Shown in pieces: positions 53,593-64,000 of a stretch of 64,000 bases of DNA (within the stretch, counting starts at the first letter, position 1; every line of letters starts with the position of its first letter). A model generated the notes under the pieces. It had not been told where the DNA came from. It did no database searches and saw only the letters and a list, made by a program, of their open reading frames with translations. The DNA lies in the NCBI GenBank assembly GCA_951406725.2, contig OX597832.1, positions 44,578,001 through 44,642,000 of the forward strand. Reading direction: 5' to 3'. The stretch is from Octopus vulgaris. Lineage: Eukaryota. Position numbers and translations under genes: made by a program.

Positions 53593-53717
53593 ACAGAGGC
53601 AAAAGAAGAGGCGAGAGGGAGGGAGGGAAAGGGAAGCGAGAAATATGTGGTCCATGTGAAACGAAAATGAACAATAATAAATTTGAAGCTTTGCTGAAAT
53701 ATTTGAAGCAAGGATAC

Positions 53718-53781
53718 TTTCTCCTGGTTTCTTGGTTTCCTGCTCCATTCCAGGTAATGCAGCAGCCACTCGACGGAACAG
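53718..53781 (-). CDS. RAB6: Rab6 penultimate coding exon
   Basis: Reads tttttcag|LFRRVAAALPGMEQETKKPGE+A|gtatccttg; 64 bp; ends in phase 1. Confidence 0.96.
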
Positions 53782-54159
53782 CTGAAAAACAAGAAAGATG
53801 GGAGATGGATCTTAAGTTTACTTACAACCAAAGTCAAATATTGATTTTGTTTTGGCTAGATAGAAGGCTGAATTTTGGAAAGGAGTATAGTCGACTGGAA
53901 TCAGGAGATATTTATTGATTTTGGAAATATTAAGAAAAAAGAAAGAAAAAAGAGCCAGTCTGGATTTAAACTCACTTCAATGGAATATTGATCTAAATCT
54001 TCTTAAGTATCCAGTCTTCCATCCCACAATCCTGACCGGAGGTGTTTTACTATTCTGACTAAACTTTACTAAATCAGATATTAAACATTAGAGAACAGTA
54101 GATATTTCCCTTTCTCTTTGTTCATTTTCTCCAAGTTTAAGAAAAAAAAAACTTTATAT

Positions 54160-54350
54160 AAGATAACATCCATGGAATAAGCTGCCAGATGAGATAGTGA
54201 AGATGCCGACGACCGCTTGGTTCAAAGTCTCTCTTGGCCAGAAATGGCCGGAACTCTTTGCATGAACACCCTCCCTGTACATAACTCCATGTCCCCCTAC
54301 ATGGCCTTGCTTTTTGCTTTTTTGAGCCAAAAAATTAACTTAACTTAAAC
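54160..54350 (+). mobile_element. CR1-like LINE 3' end fragment
   Basis: PWNKLPDEIVKMPTTAWFKVSL; (TTAAC)n tail. Confidence 0.65.
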
Positions 54351-54611
54351 ATGAATATTTCTACTTATTCACAGACTGAAATTTGGGGGTGAGAATCCTT
54401 TATAGGGGTTCAATCCATTTCAAAATATTAGAACTCAAAATGAAATACTGAAGCAATGATGGTAGGGGCTCAAACTGACATGGAATAAACAATGTTGCTT
54501 ATGCTGGTGTTATGATAAATACATTAGGCAGTCAATGATAGGAAGAACAACAGCTACATAACCATCATCGAGTCTATACCCTCATTCAAGTTGAATGGGC
54601 CTTCTTCAGCA

Positions 54612-54800
54612 CAGTATCTTCTGCTCTGGAAGCCATCTGCTAGCGATACCAGAGGGCGCACACTCTCCTACCCTGATGTAATCTCCAGGGATACAGGCAT
54701 CCAGCAACAGGACCTCTGTAATGCTATGATGGACCGTGAAGTCTGGTGTAACATAGTAAATTCCATTGTCTCGACCACGGTCGAACAATAATGATGATGA
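54612..54800 (+). mobile_element. RTE/RTE-X-like LINE 3' end
   Basis: LLLWKP..RGRTLSYPDVISRDTG..DL.NAMMDREVW; (TGA)n tail; abuts a decayed minus-strand LINE piece at 54800-55320. Confidence 0.65.
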
Positions 54801-55738
54801 TCTTGCCGTCTGTTGCAGTTAAAATAATCTCTTTCATGAGGTTTTCCCTATTTCCTCCTGTCTTCCTCTTCAGCAAATTCCTTTCAGACCGGATCTTCTC
54901 TGATTTCTTTACAACCAACTGCTATCCACCATGTACATCACATGTCTGTACCAGTTCAGTTTTCTTTAGCACACTACGTCCTATTTGTCTTACATCCAGT
55001 TTTTTCCAACTCATTTGCCCTCCACCATCATGCACACTAATCTTATCCATCCACTGGAACACACTTGTTCATTTCTTTCACAGCCTTCTACAGATCGTTT
55101 GTGATCAATGTCTGGAATTCACTGCCATGCAGTATTACATTTCCCACCTGAGTGTTTTCCAATCTACCATCAACCCAGAGAAAGAATCTCTTTGTTGCCA
55201 GCAGAAGCAATAGCTCTCTGAACTTTTTCTAACCCATTTTTACACTGATTGTGGAACACCCTCCTTCACTGTGTATTGGATCACCTGGGTAACAGAAGCT
55301 ATTGGCTACTTGTAGCAAGCTTTCCATGGGTTGGACGATTTTGACTGAGGGCTGGCGAACCAGATGGCTGCACCAGGCTTCAATCTTGATCTGGCAGAGT
55401 TTCTACAGCTGGATGCCCTTCCTAACGCCAACCACTCTGAGAGTGTAGTGGGTGCCTTTTATGTGCCACCGGCACAGGGTCCAGTGAAGCGACGTTGGTA
55501 ACGATCACGCTCGAAGTTATATACAATTAAATTTTCCAGTTTGATTTAATGCATTAAAATAAAACATTACTGACATTTGAAAAGCAACGACAACAACTGA
55601 ATATTAAGAATTAGTTAAAGTGCAATCAGAAATAAATTTTCTCCAGCAAGAACATTCAACAACAATGGTGGGCTAAAAGTATGAAGAAAGGAAACCGACA
55701 GTTTGTGAGGAAAAGGAAACTGACAGTTTGTGAGGTTA

Positions 55739-55942
<204 letters not shown>

Positions 55943-58454
55943 TTAAAAAAAGTAAAACAAAGGTCAATCACAAAGATGTTATTTTAATTTGTTGTGATTC
56001 TGTACACACACACACACACACACACAAACCTATATGGAAGATGTACAAACATGTCAAATTTACTTATTTCTCTGTAGATTAAAAAAATTATGAATAGCCT
56101 TAATTCCTTAATTGATGTTCAATCCTTACTGGGGTTTCATCAGGTGTCTTCATCACTAAACCAATCTCAGAGAAACAAGTTGCCAATCCAGTACCCAGGA
56201 GCTACCAATTTGCATATTGTATGTATGTATGTCATCGTTTAACATCTGCCTTCCATGCTGGCATGGGTTGGATGGTTTGACAAGGGCTGACCAGGTACAA
56301 GATTACTTCATGCTATTGTACCTGTTTTGGCATGGTTCTTACAGCTGGATGCCCTTTCTATCACCAACCACCCCAAAAGGTGGACTGAGCGCTTTTTACA
56401 TGGCAACAGCACAGGAAAGGTCAGTTTTGGCATGGTTTTTACAGCTAGATGCCCTTCCAAATGCCAACCACTTCAAAGTCTGAACTGGATGCTTTTTTAC
56501 ATGGCACCAGCACGATCAAGTAACTTGCAAGATTTGTACTAGATCTTAAGCTGACATTAAAACAAAAGAAAAAAAAAGAAAGTCTCACACTACAGCTGTA
56601 ACAGTAATGATTACATATGAGTTAACACATTAACAAGTTGGGTTATATTCTATGTGAACCCATTCTCATTCCATTACATAAGGCAGAAAATATTTGAGCT
56701 ACTGTGTATCTGATTATATTCTTTTGTAAAATGTGTTTTTTTTTTTTTGCAATTCCTGTTAATTTTTACAACCAAGATGAATACTAATAATTACTAAGAA
56801 GCTAAATAAGGATTTGAACTCCAGAACAGTAAGAAAGTAAACGATGTAAATTAATTATTACTTTCTGCATGAACTTGGCAGTTACTGGAAATATAGAATG
56901 TAATTAATAAGGGACAGCAAAACAATTTATCACTAATTAATATTACATAGAACTAAAGTGGAGAGCTGGCAGAATCGTTAGCACACCAGGTAGATTGCTT
57001 AGCAACATTTCATCAGTCTTTACATTCTGAGTTCAAATTTCACTGAGGTCGATTTTGCCTTTCATCCTTGGGGGGGGGGGGGGTCGATAAAATAAGTACT
57101 ACTTGAGCACTGGGGGTCAATGTAATCGACTCACCCCACTCCCCTGAAATTGCTGGCCTCATGTCAAAATTTGAAACCAATATTTCAGAGAACTTACATT
57201 CCTAATGACCTTGAGAAGTCACCCAAACCTATCCCTTCTACTTTAAGTCTCAGGTCTGGTACCTACGTAGGAAATCATTATCTTACTACTTTTTGAAGGC
57301 AAAGTCAAACTCTTCCACACACTGAAACTGTTTTCCTAATCATAAATAATGCTTTTCAGAAAGCCAGCCATCTCAAGACTTATTTTATTTCTCATTAAAA
57401 TAACCTTGTTCTTCACAACTATGACAGAAATAATTACTATTTTTCTCTCTTTTGAATTGAATAATTTTGATTCATTAAAGCTAAAGTAGAAGAAAATACT
57501 TTCCCACTTAATTATTCTTGGGGAATATATATATAGTCATGCTAGAACACTCATGGAAATTTATTATAAATTTAGAATCTAAAAATCTAATGAGTACAGT
57601 TTGTTTATAGAGTAGAAGAAAGAAAAGAAATGTATTGTTATTGGGAAATGTTGGTTTTTAATAAAAGGTTACACCTCTGCACTTCACCTTTGTTAAAGGT
57701 GGTGATTCTTTTGCCTAATCTGAAAAATTTATTGGAATTATTGATTAGAAATTTATGGTTTGCAATCTTAATTTTAGTCAAAGATAGAGACTGTTTAAAT
57801 TTAAGATATTTTTAAGATATAAGTTTCAAGCAACAATCTTCAAAAGGAGAGTAGAAGGAAAAAAAAAGACTGAATGCTGCAGGTTATTTTTCCCCCATGA
57901 TAAATTACTATTATTTCTAGATGAAGTATTTTCAGGAATTTTTCTTAACATAATTTCCATAATAAAGAATACTATCCTTCAAAACCTAATAGACCATTGC
58001 TGTCATTCTATAATAAAAGTACAGTATTTATCACTGTGTTATATATAATACATGAAATTTAAGAATTTAGAGGAAAGAACAGCAAACAATGCTATAATAA
58101 TAACAATAATAATAATAATAATAATAACTGCCATTGATCCAGTACTTGACTGGTACTTTATTTTATAGACCCTGGAAAGATGAAAGACAAAGTAGACCAG
58201 AGCAGGATTTGAAGTCAATTTTGCCTGATGCCCTAACAATTCTGCCATTCCACTCTCCCCTTTTGCTTAGTGGAATTTCTTGCGGCCTTATGTTCTGTGT
58301 TCAAATGCTGTCAAGGTCAACCTTGCTTTTCACTGTTTCAAGGTCAATAAAATAAGTATCCGTTGAGCACCAGGGTCAATGAAATTAACTAGCTCTCTCC
58401 CCACAAAATTTCAGGCTTTGTGCCTTTAGTAGAAAGGATTATTATTATTATTAT

Positions 58455-58790
58455 TTTATGTTTGACTTTTGCTTTAAATTTGTACAAGTTTTTTTTGGCT
58501 CCAAGTCTCATCCAGAGACAAGTTGGAAGTTCATGTTGGTGTTATGCCTAAGGTGCCATATATTTGCTTTGTACATAGTGTTGTTCTAGAGAATGCTTAA
58601 GAAACCATAAGAAAATTATGTTTGTTTTAAAACTTGAGATTACATAGAAAGTATTTTGCGTAGGATATGAGCAGTTCCCATGAGCACTATCTTTTGAATT
58701 CCTGCCATTTTGGGGTTTCCTGGTATCTGAGCTAGGTAGCCATCAGCCCCTTTTGCTATCATTCCCAGGGCACCTATGACAACAACAATT
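58455..58790 (-). mobile_element. R4/Dong-like (RLE-type) non-LTR 3' fragment in (TAA)n
   Basis: VVVIGALGMIAKGADGYLAQIPGNPKMAGIQKIVLMGTAHILRKILSM*; TAA repeats on both sides. Confidence 0.75.
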
Positions 58791-59681
58791 ATTATTATTA
58801 TTATTATTTTGCAAAATCAATAGTTTTTAATAAGCTTTCACTGGATTTTTAGAGCAGCTTACACTTGCAAGCTGCAATTTTTGTAAGAGTTATTTAAACA
58901 GATAATATTTTACTAATGCAACTGACAAACTCATTAAAATGTAGGTGTTCACAGAGTGAGCCAAAATACGTTCGATAGATAGTTCTTCAGCTATTCTATT
59001 GTACTTTGCACAAAAGATAAAGCCTTTTATTTTTAATTTCTAATAACTGTACTTGTAGTTTAGATCACCTATATCGCTTGCTCGTATTGTGTGTATGTGT
59101 GTATATATATTGATTTTTCTCTTCTTATCGCATCTCGTCCTAGTCTAAAACAAAGTGTGTTTAGGAATATAAAAATACAAATAAATAAACAAACAAAAAA
59201 TCACCAACATGAAAATGAAATTGTGCCAATGGGAGCAAACTAGCAAACAACCAGTTACATCCAGTACATATGTTCTAATTCATCTTTACAGGAAATCTTT
59301 TTGAATGCAACAAGTGGTCTCTGGTTCTATTAGATACGATAATTGTCAGGAGATTCAAAAGATCAAATATCTTTAAATCTACTTCGACAGTTGAATACTT
59401 ATGTTCATTTGTGAGCAGCCGCATCTAATTCGAAGAGATATAACACAATTATTTCAACCACAATAGCTGAACGACGTCCCGTGTATGTGTGCTATAGAAA
59501 TATATTCCAGTCTGCGAGCGACAGCATCAGAAAATGACAAATCTGCTAAGAGCAATTGAACTAACAAACTGGCTTTGTTTTGAATGCAATCAGTGAATTT
59601 CATTGGGAAGGGAAAAATCACCTGCCAAACTAGATCAAGTCACAGTTATCAGTTCAAATTATATAGGATAGTCAACGTATA

Positions 59682-60103
59682 GGCGCAGGAGTGGCTGTGT
59701 GGTAAATAGCTTGCTTACCAACCACATGGTTCTGGGTTCAGTCCCACTGCATGGCATCTTGGGCAAGTGTCTTCTGCTAAAGCCCCGGGCTGACCAATGC
59801 CTTGTGAGTGGATTTGGTAGACGGAAACTGAAAGAAGCCTGTCGTATATATGTATATATATATATAGGTGTGTGTGTGTATATGTTTTGTGTGTCTGTGT
59901 TTGTCCCCCTAGCATTGCTTGACAACCGATGCTGGTGTGTTTACGTCCCCGTCACTTAGCGGTTCGGCAAAAAGAGACCGATAGAATAAGTACTGGGCTT
60001 ACAAAAAGAATAAGTCCCGGGGGTCGATTTGCTCGACTAAACGCGGTGCTCCAGCATGGCTGCAGTCAAATGACTGAAACAAGTAAAAGAATAAAAGAGA
60101 GTA
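59682..60103 (+). mobile_element. SINE family A copy in a Rab6 intron
   Basis: Near-identical to 5841-6250. Confidence 0.85.
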
Positions 60104-60274
60104 AAGAGTATAATCTCAAACAGTTGTGAAGAGTACAGTTTATTACTCGCGATAGTGTTTCGCATCTTGTTTTGTAATATAATGTTAAGCTTTGCATAAA
60201 TCAAAAAAACACTCTGCATCACGACAAGATATAAATTAAGATAAACAAACGAAGAATTTCAAAATGTCTTTTTA

Positions 60275-60472
<198 letters not shown>

Positions 60473-60952
60473 TTAATAAAAGTATACGTGTGTATTTTTT
60501 TTAATGGTTATAATAACTGTACTATGGATGCGAAAACCAAACTCTTTAGTGAAACTTTCATGCCTTTTTCATTAGTAAAACAATCTCTTAAAAGCCAATT
60601 AGGTGTTAAAGCTGAAATGAAGACTGGATGTAATAAATAAACAATCGATTCAAAACTAAAATTATCTTAATTCATACATCACTGTTGTGTCATAAATTAC
60701 ACAGCTCTTAATGGTAAAAAAAGAAAGAAAAAGTATTGATTTATTGATCCTAGAAACAAAATAATTGTAATATTGTTGAAGTAATTACCAAAAATTAAAT
60801 TTACAAATAACATGAGACAAAAAAATAAATAAATAAATGAAAGAATTTCTTTTCCCCTCGTCATCTTCCTCCCTCAGTCTAAGAGCAATACCATTTATAT
60901 ATGTTGACAGCAAAGCCTCCAAATAATGCGATATCAATGTCAAGGTTATTTA

Positions 60953-61135
<183 letters not shown>

Positions 61136-61460
61136 CTAAAGTGATAAGGAGAAAGTGGTCTTTCCTTCCAATCAATATGTTGACTAATTAATTTTTTTTA
61201 TCCTCTCTCACCAGTGCCCCACTTCCTTTCCTTTCCTTGAAGAAGGTCCTAAATCCGAAGCATGAAGACATGCCTTATTTATTTCAAGTGTTCCCGTATC
61301 TTCCGGCATCTTACAGTATGTAGTGTAAAAATTCAAATTTCATCGCTGTCTTTCCAAATCTTGCAGCATTTCCCAAGCAATTATTGGTCCTCCAAAATCA
61401 TTTTGGTGTATAAGTTGACATAGCTTTTTTAGGCTGTAAATTTTGATCTGAAAATTCTAA

Positions 61461-61745
61461 ATGCCTGCTGGAAATTCAGTAATTTCAGAGAATTTCTATG
61501 ACTTCACCAGCCCCAATTTCTGGCCTCCTAATTTCCCCAATAGTAATCCCATTAATTACTGTATGGTGGGGAGCACGGTTGAGAAAGACACCAACCACTC
61601 TGCTTGCAGCACCAAGGCTGAGCTGGAGGCCAAAATCAAGGAAGTGTTCAAAGATCTCTCCAGAGACACGGTGAGATACATATGTGCTGGGTTCTGGAGC
61701 TGTTTCGAGGCCATGGTGGAAGCTCAGGTCAGCTACTTTGAGTAA
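61461..61745 (+). mobile_element. Tc1/mariner transposase C-terminal remnant
   Basis: FWPPNFPNSNPINY resembles WPPNSPDLNPLDY; followed by a typical C-terminal segment ending YFE. Confidence 0.8.
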
Positions 61746-63509
61746 ACTTTTATCTCCCAGCCACAATCTAGTTGATATGCTGATATTTTTTAATTAAAAA
61801 AAAATTACTTATTTTTGGATGGGATATTGTTTTCTTTTTCTTTTATGCAAACTGTCGAATTACAATGACAGAATTAACATAGATGCTAAGGGAGCCTTTA
61901 TACTGTTGTTTGACCTGCCAGAAATAGCAGTCAAATGTCACTGGAAGCAAGTTCTTCAACCCAGTTGTGTTTCATTATGCTGCACCAGGAAATTCTATCC
62001 TCCATTTCCTCAGGAAGGTCCTCAATTTCATCCTCTACTAGGGTGTGGAAGTTTTTAAAACAATCCATTTTAATGTTCAGCACAACAGAAATGAGCAGCA
62101 AAACTGACAAATTACTTTAGAATAAGCAGGACACATTGGACATTGTACTCTTAGATATATTACACCTGAATAAAATGAGGGCCTCGAACAGAACATTCAT
62201 GATCACAATCTATCTGATCCTTCAATGCTTACACTAAAATAAAATAAACCATCGTTCAAAAAATTGCCATTACTATTATTTGATACATCAGTCCTCTGCC
62301 AGTTAAAGTCTTTTGCTTTATTTTCATTTCTAATATCTTTGGGACAGACATAAAAACTATAGCTTCCTATTTTCCTGTTCAGGAAAAATCTTAATTTTCA
62401 ATTATTTTCTTAATGATCAAACTTTATTTCTTTCGTTCTTATTGCTTTAAATATTTATAAATTAAAAACCACAATAACCAGTCCAACAGACAACACAGCA
62501 CAACAGTACAAGTTGTTTGCTTGTAATATAAATTCCTATTAAATAAACATATAGGAGTATAATAAAAATTGGAATCATTTAAAATTTATTAAAAAACAGA
62601 AAACATTGGCGTAATTCGTTTTTTTTTTTTTAAAGCTATAAGTTTATTCCATTTTTCGATTTCATTCGTTATTCAGCTGAAAGCTAATCATACCAGTAGA
62701 AAATTGAACTGGTTTCCAAGGATACGACAAAAATTGAAGTATTTTTGGATTAAATGAATAGAATAAGCACCTTTATGTGGAAAGAATCAGAAAAATTTCT
62801 GGAGTAAAAAGAGGCAAAACTGAACTTGTTCATTCACTGTGTCACTCTACAATTCAAATACAAAGTCAATGAATGGACTTTCTCATAATCAACAGCTAAT
62901 TTATCCCTATTGACCTCAACTAATAAAGAAACAGAGGAACTGTGACATTCATAGCTCCCATACTAAGGGTGGCAAGTTCAGATTACCAGAAATTAACTTT
63001 TGCTCTATTGGCAAACAATGATTTCTATGATAGACACAAGGTCACTTATTATAGAGCAAAGAAATGTAACAAGTGAAACTTGGCCAGTGTTTATTTTATG
63101 AACCCAAGAAAAAATGAAAGGCAGAACCAATATCACTGAAATTTGATCACAAAATGTAAAGGGATGTAACTAGATACCATAAGACATTTTGTCGACCATT
63201 CTACCAATTTGTTTAATCCACCACCCTTCATCACCATCTTCATCATCATGCTTGCATGGATGGAATTTGTTGAAGAAGATTTTCTATAGCCAGAAGCCCT
63301 TCTTGCTAGCTATCACCTGTTTCCAAGTAAGGCAATTTTCCCCCATGGTTGGATGTGTTTTCATTGAAGATTGGGAACAAAGGGCCCTGCTTGTTATCAT
63401 GGCTGCAGTCAAATGACTGAAACAAGTAAAAGAATAAAAAAATGTAAAGAAAGCAAGAAGTGGGGAAAGAGGAATGGTATGAACTGGCAGACATATATAT
63501 ATATATATA

Positions 63510-63689
63510 TAGGGAGAGTTTACGAAAAACACAAAAGACGAAGTCAGGTGGTATACAAAACAAACAGATGTCTTAGTATAATGCTCAGGAATAGAAAAAG
63601 TCTTTTACGTTTCGAGCCTACGCTCTTCTACAAAAAGGGACACAGAAAAATCAAGGAGAGAAAAAAGTGTGTGTAGTGGCTATATGTGT

Positions 63690-63729
<40 letters not shown>

Positions 63730-63900
63730 AGGGAGAGTTTACGAAAAAAACAAAAGACGAAGACAGGTGGTATACAAAACAAACAGATGTCTTAGTATAA
63801 CGCTCAGGAATAGAAAAAGTCTTTTACGTTTCGAGCCTACACTCTTCTACAGAAAGGGACACAGAGAAAAACAAGGAGAGAAAAAAATGTGTAGTGGCTA
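63510..63900 (-). repeat. tandem pair of about 170-bp Penelope pLTR-like units
   Basis: Two copies separated by TA/TG tract, each with a degenerate hammerhead-like motif; an opposite-orientation piece lies at 12885-12953. Confidence 0.75.
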
Positions 63901-63945
63901 ACGATCTATCATGGCAACTGACTCGGACAGAAGTAAAGATGACCC

Positions 63946-63988
<43 letters not shown>

Positions 63989-64000
63989 GAGGAACAAGAA

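Larger units (their letters stand above)
25400..53717 (-). other. U12-type (minor spliceosome) GT-AG intron of Rab6, 28,318 bp
   Basis: 5' splice site GTATCCTTG at 53717-53709; branch sequence TTCCTTAAC at 25420-25412, ending 12 nt before the exon; no long polypyrimidine tract between branch site and AG. Confidence 0.9.

Noticed and set aside
55688-55735. Short direct duplications (also 21795-21845 and 52503-52533)
   Set aside because: Ordinary slippage duplications with no further structure
61230-61270. Hammerhead-like TTGAAGAAGG..CCGAAGCATG
   Set aside because: GAAA and the UH site are mutated and the stems are poor; at most a dead relic

Overview
AT-rich, microsatellite- and SINE-dense animal DNA; the repeat style suggests a coleoid cephalopod, probably Octopus (inference). 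The only clear host gene is Rab6 on the minus strand. Five coding exons are present (61066-60961, 60387-60276, 55904-55811, 53781-53718, 25399-25332) and the 5' exons lie beyond the right edge. Its last intron is a 28.3 kb U12 (minor-spliceosome) intron with a GTATCCTT donor and a TTCCTTAAC branch point. The most interesting signals are: (1) a second, identical U12 donor 125 nt downstream that would give a different Rab6 tail also ending in CXC; (2) a 3'UTR element complementary to the start of the terminal exon and 3' splice site, like an ADAR editing-complementary sequence; (3) several Penelope-type minimal hammerhead ribozyme motifs with C3-G8, U3-A8, G3-C8 and U4C core variants, several in sense orientation inside Rab6 introns. 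The window also holds a young 5'-truncated CR1-group LINE whose 3' stem-loop is shared with a SINE family, plus piggyBac, hAT and mariner MITEs and RTE, R4/Dong and Tc1 remnants. Nearly all ORFs in the supplied track are microsatellite or SINE artefacts.
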